The notes under the pieces are model-generated. The model was not told where the DNA came from and ran no database searches. It was given only the letters and a program-made list of their open reading frames with translations. Position numbers and translations under genes: made by a program. Positions 27,867 through 42,794 of a stretch of 64,000 nucleotides of DNA are shown here, piece after piece (positions within the stretch are counted from its first letter, which is position 1; every line of letters starts with the position of its first letter). This stretch comes from Octopus vulgaris. Taxonomy: Eukaryota. The stretch lies in contig OX597814.1 of NCBI GenBank assembly GCA_951406725.2, positions 15,562,001-15,626,000 of the forward strand. Reading direction: 5' to 3'.

Positions 27867-28250
27867 ATGTTGTTTAATAAACACTATATACGTTTTTATA
27901 TGCCACTATTAGTTTTATGCAACGAAAGCATGGTAGACAGTGTTTTAAGCACGTCCGGTATCACATCGCAATTTTCAGGCACTGCCCACATGGCATAACA
28001 AGCAAAAAAGCAAAACGATAGGATGAGAGAAAAAGCAAGAAAGACGTAGACACTAAAGGTGAAAGGTTGAAAAAAAACGGAAAACGAAAAAGAAAAAAAA
28101 ATAGAAAGAAGCTAAATTTGGGGAAAGTAGAGTTGCCTGAAAATTGCGATGAAACACCACACGTGTTAAAAAATACTGTATGGCGAGTTTCATCGCATGA
28201 AACCAATAGTAGTTCATAAAAAAACATATATTGTGTTTATTAAATAATAT
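27867..28250. mobile_element. Old MITE-like element with ~115-bp imperfect inverted repeats
   Basis: 27867-27983 is approximately the reverse complement of 28131-28250 (shared core catcgcaattttcaggca). Confidence 0.65.
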
Positions 28251-28462
28251 TTTTCTCTCACTAGATGGAATACTTTTTTGTTGATCTTACCATCAAGCAA
28301 CAATACACTATATATATATATAATACATGTTGTTCTGCTTCGGTTCTTCAACTGTGTTGTCGATGATGTCGTTTTCAGCCATGTTGTTTATAGTTGGTCT
28401 CTGAATTTTTCCCTGTAAGTTTGGAATCATATTCCCTATCATCATCATCATCATCATCATCA

Positions 28463-28496
<34 letters not shown>

Positions 28497-28509
28497 CATT
28501 ATTATTATT

Positions 28510-29579
<1,070 letters not shown>

Positions 29580-29792
29580 CATCATCATCATCATCATTAT
29601 TATTTATTATTATTATTACTATTATATATATATGAACTTTATTTCTGAAAATTCTTACGAATGGAAAAGGAGCTGGTTTCTGTCCCAGAAGGAAGATTAT
29701 TTTATTGGAAATTAAACTACTTCGAGTACATAGCCGAACATTTATGTCAGTGTATATGTAGATAAGTGCTCCTATGTGTGTTTTGTGTGTGT

Positions 29793-29853
<61 letters not shown>

Positions 29854-30388
29854 CAGAATTGGATATCACTGCATGTGTGTAGATCTACGTTTTTATTTAT
29901 ATGCACCAACATATGTAGTTGCATAACTACGGTGTGTATACGGACTTATTGGTTCTGCTTTCCTTTCTGTCTATCTCTAAAAAGAATTTATTTACTTTTT
30001 CGATGTTGTTTTACTTCGATTCTTCAACTGTGTTGTCGATGCTGTCGGTTTCAGCCGTGTTGTTTATAGTTAGTCTCTGAATGATGAATTCAAATTTGAG
30101 ACGAAGGTCTTTAAGAACTTGATAGAAAAAAGTATTTCAGTGTTTGTGATCAGAAGAATAGCCAGTTGTTGAACAAACCTGATAGTTGCAGCATCAATAT
30201 TGAAAATAACATTCATCGCAAATTCAATGAATATTCCCCAACGACAAAAGTGCGAGTACTCTCTCCGCGTGTATATGTAAGCATTTATGTAGACACTCAT
30301 AGGTATGTATACGTGTGTGTGAACCGGTGTGTATTTAGATAGATACATACATATATACTTACACAAATACATACATATATACATACAA

Positions 30389-30455
<67 letters not shown>

Positions 30456-31120
30456 CACAGATAAGCAAACACACATAGGTACACACATCCACGTTAACTA
30501 CTTTCAGTGTTCTGTTATTTACGTTATGTAAGTAAAAAATATTTCCCTCTCTTGCAGCGTTTCTGTTGTTTGCACAGCTAAACCCTTTAACCTTTTTTTT
30601 ATTTTGTCCCTTTAACCGTTAACAAATATCGAATATCTCTGACACACTCCTTTTATATCATCATTTCTTTAGCCTATTATTATTCATCTTTTTCTATATC
30701 TTAATTTATCTGCTCGGTCACATGGTATTTACACAATCTACAACGATTTATATTTTGAAATATTACTATCTTACATTTATCCCCCGTGGACGCACGTAGC
30801 TTGGTTGTTGGATTCATGGTTGCAAGATTGGTGTTTCTATTCTTGGAAAGGGCGATGCGTTTTGTTCTAGTGAATGTCACTACGACGGACCGATGTACAG
30901 TGGCGAGTATATATGTACCTATATGACTCGGAAGGAAGCTTTATGCATTTTACTATCCCTAATTCCACTCGGTCTACATATTCGTTTAGCTGTCGCGTTT
31001 CCAGCACTCTTAATCATATTACGATATAATTAGCGTAACCCAAAATATCTTAGAAGAGATTTTGATAAGTAGATGAAAGGTAGTTTCAAATCATCACATT
31101 TTCATCTACAAATTGCATAT

Positions 31121-31530
31121 TCTTTACTCTTTTACTCTTTTACTTGTTTCATTCATTTGACTACGGCCATGCCGGAGCACCGACTTTAGTCAAGCAAATC
31201 AACCCCAGGACTTATTCTTTGGAAGCCTAGTACTTATTCTATCGGGGTCTTTGACCGAACCGCTAAGTTACGGGGACGTAAACACACCACCATCGGCTGT
31301 CAAGCGATGTTAGGGGGACAAACACGGACACACAAACATACATACACATAGATATATATATATATACATATATACGACGGGCTTCTTTCAGTTTCCGTCT
31401 ATCATATCCATTCACAAGACTTTGGTCGGTTCGAGGCTATAGTAGAAGACACTTGCTCAAGGTGCCACGTGGTGAGAATGAACCCAGAACCATGTGGCTG
31501 TTAAGTAAGCTACTTACCACACAGCCACTC
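31121..31530 (-). mobile_element. SINE family C
   Basis: Family C on the minus strand. Confidence 0.92.
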
Positions 31531-31673
31531 TATAAAATCCACGGACATTACTATGTACTTTAGAAGTTCGCTTTGTAACAACTTGATTTTATTTTCAGTC
31601 ACACATTTTGCAAGTGCCTTTAACTATTGGCCTGGGATGATCAATACGTCGTGAGTAATGCAGGTAGACAGAA

Positions 31674-31906
31674 AGGCGGCATGCTGGCAGAAACGTTAGC
31701 GCGCCGGGCGAGACGCTTAGCGGTATTTCGTCTGCCGTTACGTTCTGAGTTCAAATTCCGCCGAGGTCGACTTTGCCGTTCATCCTTTCGGGGTCGCTTA
31801 AATAAGTACCAGTTACGCACTGGGGTCGATGTAATCGACTTAATCCGTTTGTCTGTCCTTGTTTTTTCCCCTCAGTGTGTAGCCCCTTGTGGGCAATAAA
31901 AGAAAT
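31674..31906 (+). mobile_element. SINE family A
   Basis: Full family A match. Confidence 0.92.
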
Positions 31907-32783
31907 AAGAAACTTCATGGAAGATTGTTGCGTATGTATGCGTGCCTATCCATATATATGTGTGTGTTTGCTTACGTGACTGTACCAGCGGGTTGGCAAA
32001 ACATACTGATACAATAAGGACCAAATTTATAAAAAAACAAAAAAGCATAAGTACTACTGACGATTTCTTCAGCTGAAACTCTTAAGATAGTGCCCCAGTA
32101 GAGTCACAAATCACGGAAACAGATAAAGCATAAGAGAAGAAATGATAACTTAAATTTTCTGTCGTGATCAATTTAACGAACCAAATTCTTTAAAGTCTTT
32201 GAATGAATTACGGCCACTACGAAGATTTTTTTTGGACTCCTAACATTAACTGAAATTATTTATTCGAGCAAACTAACTCCACAGTATTTACTAACATAGA
32301 AATTATGGAATTTTATAACTTTTATGAAAAAATTCATCGACTCTGTTCGTCGTAAGGTTCACTGCTAGCTTCCGTTCACCCTGGAGCATTTGGTTTTATT
32401 TTCTTCCAACTTCTGACCTTAATGTAACATTTTCTTTTTACCAAGTTAAGAAAGCCATTATTGTATTTAGACAAGAATCTATTCGAAGAATATAGCTGTA
32501 TGTAAAAGTTGACATAGGTAACATTGAATCACATAGCATATACGATGGACAGTTATTTAGATATAGTTATATAAGTATGTAAGAAAAAGTATTCTGTTAT
32601 ATATCTCACGGGATTGCTTCTTGTCAGTTCAAATCAAAATGTTCTATAAATGTCGAAGAAAATAAGCTATATCCAAACATTATTCCTCAAAGACATTTGC
32701 AAACTTTCCTTCGGCAAATTAAATGATAATGACAACAGCAGTATCAGCAACAACAACATTAATACTAATTCTTATATTATTAT

Positions 32784-33495
32784 AAGAGCAAACACTAAGA
32801 ACAAACCACATTAAATACAGAATAGACAGCATAGCAAAAAGTGATATGTGCAGAATCTGTGGACAAAACGGTGAAACTGTATGGCATATTACCAACCAAT
32901 GTACGCCACTAGCCCAGAAGGCGTGTAAGAGAAACCACGACAATGTAGCCAGGATCGTCTATTCGACACTCTGCAACAAGTATGGACTTGACAGAACAAA
33001 ATATTGGCACGACCACAAAGCTGAAGTCATCGTCGAAAATAGAAATGCAAAGATCCTATGGGATTTTATGATTCAGTGCCACCATGAGATAGAGAATAGG
33101 AAGCTGGACATAGTCTTGAGAAAGAAAAAAAACTATGTTGGATCATAGATATAGCATGCCCAGCTGCTATAAGAAGGAATGCGATAAGGAAGAAAGAATA
33201 AGTCGAGAGATATGACAGGTTAGCTTGGGAAGTTAAACAGTTGTGTTCGATGAAAAAGGTAGCAGTAGTAACAATAATTGTTGGAGCCCTGGGAACATTG
33301 AGCAAAAATCTCGAGAAGTACGTAGAACAAAATAGGGCCTTCAATAAGGGTAGAGCCCTCGCAGAAAACAGCACTGCTTGGAACCGCACGAATACTCCTG
33401 AAGGTGCTCGAAAAATAAGAGGTGTTACCTTAGTTCACTGGTAGTGAACAGCTGACATCGTAGTACATCTCCAGCGTTAGAAGCTGTGCAAAGGC
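32784..33495 (+). mobile_element. 5'-truncated Dong/R4-type retrotransposon (second lineage), frameshifted
   Basis: CRICGQNGETVWHITNQC, NHDNVAR, ILWDF, IIVGALG; followed by (TAA)/(TAG)n. Confidence 0.9.
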
Positions 33496-33522
33496 AATAA
33501 TAATAATAATATAATAATAGTT

Positions 33523-33568
<46 letters not shown>

Positions 33569-33591
33569 CAGCAGCAGCAGTAGTAGTAGTA

Positions 33592-33641
<50 letters not shown>

Positions 33642-34106
33642 GTAGAAATGTTTTGTGTTATGGGAATTTAGAAGTAAAAAATATGTCAATGATCAGATAT
33701 TGCTAAAATCTCTCACTCTCTCTCTCTTTCTTTTTCTCAGTCTCTGTCCCTCTCCTTCTTTGTATAAATATATATTATAATATGCTGCACACAAACAGAC
33801 ACATGTGACTATGTATAGTTTCAAAAATAAACACCATATATAACAAAAATGCGCAAAGTGATAACAGGGTGTTGTGTTATTAATTTGACGCTCAGTGAGA
33901 AGTGAAAAAGAACTGAACTGTCTCTGACGTATTATAATGTTATTTCGACACAGGAAGCAGTGAGAAATCAATGAGTGAAGAATAGGTATGCGTTGTTCTC
34001 TGTCAAGTGATGTATATACACAAACCCAAACCCACACAAACACACGCACAACCATAACTATGCATGAATGTATGTATGTGTATGTATATATATATATATG
34101 TATGTA

Positions 34107-34214
<108 letters not shown>

Positions 34215-34518
34215 TATGCATGAGAATTGAAAAATACCGGAAAATATCTTTTTGCAAACTCCTATTCTCATATAAAATTATACGTACATATATATATATG
34301 CATACATGCATACATATATATATATATACATATGTATGTGTATATATATATATATGTATGTATGCATATATATGCATATATATATGTATATATATATATA
34401 TATATATATGTATGCATATATATGCATATATTTATAGAGATTTGAAAAGTTAAGATCTGCTAGTAGTCGGGTTCAACACATAGTCCCACATCGCTGCATA
34501 CCTCGATTAAATTTAGGC

Positions 34519-34594
34519 GACTCGCTGATGAAGCTGGCCTTAGCAAACATATTCTGTGTTTTGCTAGAAAGAAGCAGAAACCGCGGTACGAGTT
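34519..34594 (+). ncRNA. Type I hammerhead ribozyme, copy 1
   Basis: Stem I GACUCG/CGAGUU; CUGAUGA 34525-34531; stem II GCU/AGC plus UAGCAAA/UUUGCUA; GAAA 34577-34580; AC-CGCG-GU palindrome; GUA triplet ending at 34588. Confidence 0.85.
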
Positions 34595-34949
34595 GTTAAA
34601 GTTATCGGTAAACGTTTTTTGATTTTCACTCTCGATAAATTCATCCCCTTTTTGTGTTCCCAGCACTCGGCATCTTTATTTAGGAGCCCTTAATTGTATA
34701 ACTACATGAATAATATTTTTGTCTTATGACTAATTCGTCTTTTGTGCTGGGCACCTGGTAGTAAATAATATTACTACCCTTCTTGGTTATATTCGCATAC
34801 TACATGATGGATTTATTCGTAAAATCTTCTTCCCGGCATGCCCTGTGTAAATTTTGCGTCTGCGCAGAGATTTGAAAAGTTTAAGATCTGCTAGTAGTCG
34901 GGTTCAACACATAGTCCCACATCGCTGCATACCTCGATTAAATTTAGGC

Positions 34950-35025
34950 GACTCGCTGATGAAGCTGGCCTTAGCAAACATATTCTGTGTTTTGCTAGAA
35001 AGAAGCAGAAACCGCGGTACGAGTT
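34950..35025 (+). ncRNA. Type I hammerhead ribozyme, copy 2
   Basis: Identical to copy 1, offset 431 nt; predicted cleavage after 35019. Confidence 0.85.
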
Positions 35026-35243
35026 GTTAAAGTTATCGGCAAACGTTTTTGATTTTCACTCTCGATAAATTCATCCCCTTTTTGTGTTCCCAGCACTCGG
35101 CATCTTTATTTACGAGCCCTTAATTGTATAACTACATGAATAATATTTTTCTATATGAATAATATTTTTGTCTTATGACTAATTCGTCTTTTGTGCTGGG
35201 CACCTGGTAGTAAATAATATTACTACCCTTCTTGTTTATATTC

Positions 35244-35334
<91 letters not shown>

Positions 35335-35506
35335 TTTATATGAAAATAGGAATTTGCAAAAATATATTTTCCAGTATTTTTCAACTTTCATGCATACTTC
35401 ACACAAATATAACAACCTTATATAATTTTGGAGTACTGGAATAAGCAGATGGTGTTCAAGGGGGCACACCTTGGATTATAACATTATCTACAATTTATAT
35501 ATATAT

Positions 35507-35581
<75 letters not shown>

Positions 35582-35842
35582 GAGACAGAGAGAGGCATGA
35601 GGTAGAGAGAGGCAAAGAGAGGGAAGTTAAAATGATACTTCTCACGATCTTCAAGACTAGGAAATGTGGAGAGTCTTGGGGACGTACCATAATATAGATC
35701 TTCAAGAGATCTTTATCAAAGATTATCTGTGTTGCAGTTCTTTACATTTGATTAAGTGTGCCAGCTGTCAAATTAATCTCGCTGTCTATGAAAATGTTTA
35801 CTTAAATGCGTCTACAGACTGCATCTATTGTCTGACAAGGTA

Positions 35843-35989
35843 GAGGCGCAATGGCCCAGTGGTTAGGGCAGCGGACTCGCGTGTCTGTGGAGTGCTCAGC
35901 CACTTACACGTTAATTTCACGAGCAGGCTGTTCCGTTGGTTCGGATCAACCGAACCCTCATCGTCGTAACCGACGGAGTGCTTCCATCC
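35843..35989 (+). mobile_element. SINE family B, internally deleted (head fused to tail)
   Basis: attgtctgaca direct repeats at 35827-35837 and 35990-36000. Confidence 0.85.
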
Positions 35990-36118
35990 ATTGTCTGACA
36001 TCATGTGTTACTGAATACTGAAACATATGTAACAGATGAAATAAAGGAGTACCACATTAAAGCCCATTTTATTTTCTCAAGCATTATGTGTGTGTTTGTT
36101 TGTTTGTGTGTGTGTGTG

Positions 36119-36600
36119 TGGAGACGCAATGGCCCAGTGTTTAGGGCAGCGGACTCGCGAATTCGGTTCCCAGACCGAGCGTTGTGAGTGATTATTGAGC
36201 GAAAACCCCTAAAAGCTCCACGAGGCTCCGGTAATGATGGTGGTGATCCCTGCTGTACTCTTTCACTAAAAAACTTTCTCTCACTCTTTCTTCCTGTTTC
36301 TGTTGTACCTGTATTTCAAAGGGCCAGCCTTGTCACACTCAGTGTCACACTGAATCTCCCCGAGAACTATGTTAAGGGTATATGTGTCTGTGGAGTGCTC
36401 AGCCACTTGCACGTTAATAAATGAGCTGCGACGTCAATGGTGCGAAGCTTTATCGGCCTTTGCCTTTCCCTTGGATAACATCGGTTAAGGGTATATGTGT
36501 CTGTGGAGTGCTCAGCCACCTGCACGTTAATTTCACGAGCAGGCTGTTCCGTTGAACGGATCAACCGGAACCCTCGTCGTCGTAACCGACGGTGTGCCAC
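36119..36600 (+). mobile_element. SINE family B chimera with a foreign SINE segment
   Basis: 36420-36480 matches 46641-46701; flanked by a duplicated ~48-bp block. Confidence 0.85.
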
Positions 36601-37277
36601 TCTCATATGTGTGTGCGCGCGCACGTGTTTGAGTTAAAATACGTTCGAGTACTCATCGACCTCAAGTTTGAAACTTATAAGATGCTACACAGCTTCATTT
36701 TCCTTCTTGTTGCATTATGTGATTTTAATAACATGAATATTATTTTGTTATTTTATATATATTTTGTTTAAGAAATTAACATGACAAGGGAATACAAAAA
36801 TAGCTGATGAAGTTCATTAGCAATATTTTCGTTTATAATATTTGGGGAATATAGAACACATGATTAAAGTTAATTTATATCCGTCCTTATAGATTTGTCT
36901 TCATAGAAATTTGTTTACTCATACACAACTCTTTCTCAATAAAAATGGTTATGTTTATAAGCACTTTGTTTTCATATAATATACATCTGATTAATCATTG
37001 TTTCAAATAATAATTGCCTTTCAATTCCTAGCATCGAAGTTAACGACAATGGTAATTTGACTTCAAAGAAGTGTGCGAGAGTCAGAGAAATATTGTGCAA
37101 CACTGATCGAAGCTATGTTGTAAACATTAGTTTTGTCGTTCTTAGATAGGGACTGATTGTGGTTATAATAAGCCCTATTCGAGTAAACCGTTGATCAAAG
37201 ACATCCTAAATATGACCATCCCCTCTTTATCTTAGCAATTTGTCCTCAGGAATACATTTTCTAATGTGATCTACATA

Positions 37278-37667
37278 TAGGCTGTGTGGTAAGAAACTTG
37301 CTTATGAACCACATGGTTCCGGGTTCAGTCACACTGCGTGGCACCTTGGGCAAGTGTTTTCTATTATAGCCTCGGGCCAACCAAAGCCTTCTGAGTGGAT
37401 TTGGTAGACAGAAATGGAAAGAATCCCGTCCTATATATGTATATGTATGTGTTTGTGTGTCTGTGTTTGTCCACCCCCACCAATATCGCTTGACAACCGA
37501 TGCTGGTGTGTTTACCTCCGCGTAACTTAGCGGGTCGGTAAAAAAAGACTGATAGAATAAGTACTAGGCTTCCAAAGAATAAATCCTGGGCTTGATTTGC
37601 TCGACTAAAGGCGGTGCTCCAGCATGGCCACAGTCAAATGACTGAAACAAGTAAAAGAGTAAAACAG
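37278..37667 (+). mobile_element. SINE family C
   Basis: Family C match. Confidence 0.92.
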
Positions 37668-37880
37668 TATAAATACTATCACGTGTTATTTGAGAGAGAT
37701 GTGGTCCCTATTTCTAGTTGGTCACGTAGAGGCTATCCATTTCGCTAACCTTGTTATTTCTGATATTGGTGTTAGTGGGGATATCGATGGCGCTGGCGGT
37801 GGTGCAGCTGTTGTTAGCTCTGCTTGTTGTTGTTAAGCAACAAGACGGGTAAGGGTGATTAGGTGATGGTCTAGGGCTTA

Positions 37881-38111
37881 GGCGGCGAGCTGGCAGAAAC
37901 GTTAGCACGCCGGGCGAAATGCTTAGCGGTATTTCGTCTGTCGTTACGTTCTGAGTTCAAATTCCGCCGAGATCGACTTTGCCTTTCATCCTTTCGGGAT
38001 CGATAAATTAAGTACCAGTTACGCACTGGGGTCGATGTAATTGACTTAATACCTATGTCTGTCCTTGTTTGTCCCCTCTGTGTTTAGCCCCTTGTGGGTA
38101 ATAAATAAATA
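37881..38111 (+). mobile_element. SINE family A, full length
   Basis: 13-bp TSD ggtctagggctta at 37868-37880 and 38112-38124. Confidence 0.95.
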
Positions 38112-38812
38112 GGTCTAGGGCTTAGGAGCAGGAGACCCCAGACCTTGAAAAAAAAACTTTGGTCGTCTTGTTGTAGTCGAGGGCTCTTCGTTGACGCCCG
38201 ACACCACTGAGAGGTGGCCCTCGAAGTTGATGGAAATGTTGATCTCCAGGTCCAAATTCTTGAACGGCTACTGCTAATGTTGTGGCTACTACTGCTACTA
38301 GTATTCCTGAGGGTAACGGAGATCTTATTAATAATGAATATGATTATGATACTAGAGATACTAATGATGGATGAATTGATGGTAGTAATGGTGCTAGTGA
38401 CAGTAGTAAAGATGGTGGCGATGGTGGTGATGACGTTCTTAGTAGAACTGATTATCGCATCAATATTTGTGATTTCGTCAATAATTGTCAACACCGTAAA
38501 TGTTTTGATGATAGAACCAACACCAACCTCACCACCAGTAATTATGAGAATAGTCGTTTTCTAGTGATCATGTTTTTGTCTATGACGATGACTATTCCAA
38601 TGACGATGGTCGTTATGATGGTGCTGATGATAATGATAGTGTGTGTTACTATTATTATCCAAGATCAGCCCAGATCAAGCAGTTCCATGATTAGCGGTTT
38701 CTGACTATGACCATACGGTCCTGCTCTCTAATAGTGAGTACATACATACATCTACATTGATATATGTATATATACATACATACATATGTACACACACACA
38801 CATACACAAACA

Positions 38813-39228
38813 TACTCTTTACTCTTTTATTTGTCTCAGTCATTTGACTGTGGCCACGCTGGAGCACCGCCTTTAGTTGAGCTAATCGACCCCTGGACTT
38901 ATTCTTTGTATGCCTACTACTTATTCAATCGGTCCCTTTTGCCGAATCGCTAAGTTACGGGGACGTAAACACACCACCATCGGTTGTCAAGCGAAGTTGG
39001 TGGGGAGACAAACACAGATACACAAACATATACACACACATACATATATATATATACATATATACGACGGTCCTCTTTCAGTTTCCGTCTACCAAATCCA
39101 CTCACAAGGCTTTGGTCGGCCTGAGGCTATAGTAGATGGCATTTGCCCAAGATGCCACGCAGTGGGACTGAACCCAGGACCATCTGGTTGGTAAGCAAGC
39201 TACTTACCACACAGCCACTCCTACGCCT
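38813..39228 (-). mobile_element. SINE family C
   Basis: Family C on the minus strand. Confidence 0.92.
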
Positions 39229-39264
39229 ATACATATACATATATAATACACACACACACACACG

Positions 39265-39314
<50 letters not shown>

Positions 39315-39559
39315 TAAAGACATATACACAAAAAACACGTACAACCGATCTTACACTGACAACATCATGTGATCCACTATGACCATTAGCAGCGTATTCT
39401 CTGGTAGCCATCTTGGACTTACTGTGCTTCTCCAGTCAGTAAACCAGGCTTGAACGCGACGGGTTCCGGTTAGATGCCCGCGAAACTTTAAACCGATTGG
39501 AGCCGAATCAAACTGTAGATTTCCAATGTAGGTCATGCAAATCAAAAGAGGAATTTGTT

Positions 39560-40497
39560 ATTCAAATACTATGTGAATGTAGCATGCTGGCACAGAAGAA
39601 AGAATACAAGAAAAGACACGACAATCTTAGAGAGTAATCCACTGACAAATTGTATGAACAAGAATGCAGTAAATTACTATAAAGTAAGAAATATAAGATG
39701 TGGGACCTTTACATTCAGACTGACAGTAATAGAAGCTAGAAAGTTTGATTTGGTAATCTTTATATATAAAAGTGAAGTTGTGTGTCTGTCTCCTACGATT
39801 TAGATTCCTAGCTACTCCCACATTTTGCGGTGCAGTTTAACCAAACCCGGGTATCTTATAGTCGTGATTCATATCGAGCCCTTCTGGGTATTAGCGCGCG
39901 TCTACGATGAGTCTACGATTTAAAAAAAGAATTAACTTAATTTTTTTCCATTTTAATGAATTTTTTTCGCTATTATATAAGGGAAGTAACTCTCTAAAAA
40001 TGTCTTCGATGAGTCAACGATTTAAAAAAAAATTACCATTAGTTTTTTCCATTTTTAATGCATTTTTTGCTACCTTTTGGCTATAACTCTCTAAAAATGC
40101 TTATATAGTTATTTCCCTTACAAAACCGAGCAACGCCGGGCGATACTGCTAGTAGTAGATAAAAATAATAGAAAGTGCCAGTTAATTGACTTTACAGTCC
40201 AAAATGATGAAAATATTAATATGAGAAGTGTAGAACAAATAGCGAAGTACCAGGACCTAGCTATTGAATTAGAGTATGGAAGGTGCGGATAGAGGAAATA
40301 GGCGTAAAATCCAGATTAGTGCAGCTCCAGAAAGCAGTGTTATTAAGGACAGCTAGGATACCTAGGAGGGTTCTTGGCATCTAAGGTTACTTGTTGTAAC
40401 TCGATAGGAGAGTTCTTGGAATCTAAGGTTCTTTGGTATAGCCCGATGTTAGTATTTTATCTTTTCCAACAGTCTAATCTGTTGAGTGCATATGAAA
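39560..40497 (+). mobile_element. Decayed Dong/R4-type retrotransposon (third lineage) interrupted by a Helitron
   Basis: CSMLAQK..YKKRHD; removing 39757-40152 restores IEARKFDLVIVDKNNRKCQLIDFTV...KYQDLAIEL; (TAA)n follows at 40498-40592. Confidence 0.85.
39757..40152 (+). mobile_element. Non-autonomous Helitron
   Basis: 5' TC, 3' hairpin-like ccgagcaacgccggg then CTAG; inserted between A and T with no TSD. Confidence 0.9.
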
Positions 40498-40574
<77 letters not shown>

Positions 40575-40694
40575 TAATAATAATAATAATAATTTTTTTT
40601 TCAGGTTTTGCTGTGGTTTACAGTTTTTGCAGTTGTGCAGTAATTATATATTGGCAGGTGCTTACTTCATTAATTTTTTATCGTGCATTTAATT

Positions 40695-41585
40695 GTGCTG
40701 TTACCATAAAAGGCGTGTTTACATTTTCGAATATTCAGGGAAAAAGGAACGGAAAGAAAAGGAAGGTAACTTTTTTTCACAGAAAATTGTAGATATGAAG
40801 TTTTTAAAATATACTTTAGATGATGTTTTGTCTATCCGAACAGAAAACACTAGTGTTCTTGGAATAAAGAGGATGTTTACATTTTCGAATATTGAGGGGG
40901 AAAGGAAATGATAGTTATTCACAGAGGGTGTAGATATTAAAGGTTTTAAAGCTGATCGTTTATGTGTTCGAAAGTTGTAGATATGTAAGTTCCTTAACTT
41001 ATTTTGAGGGAAATTCAAAATACTCAGAGGCAACAGTAGATATGCCAGTCATTTTGAGTTATTTTTCAGTTGTCCTGCTGGTTTGTATTAGTGTTTCTGT
41101 GTCTTCAGCTGCTGAGAAATGAAACATTCCAAAAGAAAAAGAAATTCAGAAATTCAAAAATCCAACAATGTGAACATCTCTTCCTCCTACTATTCCCAAA
41201 GACTGGAATAGCAACAATTTCCTGTGAATATTTTAAATCTCCCACAAAATAACATATGTAAAAGGTATTAAGTAAATAGGACAAGTCCATAAAATAAGGT
41301 TGGAAACTTACATACGAACAGCATTCGAACATACAAACGATCAACTATAAAAAAAGACTTTACTATCTACAACTACTGTTTTGATGCCTGTTATTTCCTT
41401 TCTTCCTGGGTGTAAACATCCTCCTCCTTTTTATTCTAAGAACACTACCATTTCTCTCTGAGCGGTCATACAAAAGACCATATTTAGTAAATCTTAAAAC
41501 TTTGCTACCTACAACTTGTTTTCTTTTCTTTTTGGCTTTCCCTGAGTATTCGAAAATGTAACCATCCTTTTAATTGCAAAAGCCC
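40695..41585. mobile_element. Old MITE/foldback-like element with ~170-bp degenerate inverted ends
   Basis: ttacattttcgaatattcagggaaa and tagtgttcttggaataaa near 40.7-40.9 kb recur inverted at 41414-41583. Confidence 0.55.
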
Positions 41586-41753
41586 TACTGTATTCTCCAA
41601 CTGGACAGTCAAATAAAAATCTCAAGAAAACATTAAAACGTTAATATATTACCTAAATACACAAACACAACTTTTATTGCAACAACATAATTGAATTTCA
41701 GAATTTCAAAAATTCAACAACGTCAATATCAGTATATATATATATATGTATAT

Positions 41754-41823
<70 letters not shown>

Positions 41824-42149
41824 TTATGTATATATATATATATATATTATTGTTTTTTCTACCAGCAATTTTAAATACAACTGATTAAATTGCTTCTTTT
41901 CAAGGCAGCGCTCTCAGTTGCCACTGGTAGTAGTGCACATATTTCACCTCTGCTGACCCCAAGAGTTCGAAGATTCTTTTGTCTCTGTGGCTGACCTCCC
42001 CACCATCTGCCGAATGTATTTTATGGACCTGTCCTTATATTTACTTAATATCCTTTACAGATATATTTTTATCAGAGGAAAATTTACATTTAGTAGTCTA
42101 CAAGTCTTTTCTCCCATGTGTCTGGTCGATTAACCTGGATCGATCTGTC

Positions 42150-42694
42150 AGATTCATCATTATCAACACACTCAAGGAGATTGTGTGCAAATGAAACCCA
42201 TGTGTCTCTTTGTTCAGCTGAAAGCAATTTTGGCACAATCTTGGCAGACACGGGTCTCATACCCAAATCCTCATAATGGACTTAAATGAAACGCAACTGA
42301 TCTGCACATCCTCTGATAACTCACGGATGGTACTCCACGCACATATGCGATGGCTTTCTTAGTTCTGCTCAGGTCTTTCAGAACGTTCGTCACTATCGAC
42401 AATTTTTCGACCATCTTGGAAACATCTGAACCACTCGTGAACTTGTGTGCGGCTCATACCCTCCTCTCCATACACATTCTGCAACTTTACGTAGGCCTCT
42501 GAGAAGGTATCGCCATCACGACATTCTCTGTCATGTTCAATGAGACTATCTACCCGCTACACACCTTCCTTCAAAGTACTACTGTAAAGAAACTTAATGC
42601 GCATGTACAACATAGTCCAAAATCAATCTTTGCCAAACGGCTTTAGCTACGTTACTATAGCAGCAGTCCGGACCCTTATTGATCACACGTCGTA
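42150..42694 (-). mobile_element. Mariner relic, 5' part plus TIR
   Basis: Minus strand QVHEWFRCFQDGR...DERSERP and DLGMRPVSAKIVPKLLS; TIR TACGACGTGTGATCAATAAGGGTCCGG resembles the one at 6481. Confidence 0.85.
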
Positions 42695-42704
42695 TATACA
42701 TACA

Positions 42705-42793
<89 letters not shown>

Positions 42794-42794
<1 letters not shown>

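Larger units (their letters stand above)
34436..35244 (+). mobile_element. Retrozyme-like tandem repeat: ~1.9 copies of a 431-bp HHR-containing unit, in (TA)n
   Basis: Units start at 34436 and 34866, near-identical; one HHR per unit; no recognisable ORF. Confidence 0.85.

Noticed and set aside
38084-38640. Hydrophobic ORFs resembling membrane proteins
   Set aside because: Degenerate (GAT/GGT)n low-complexity DNA
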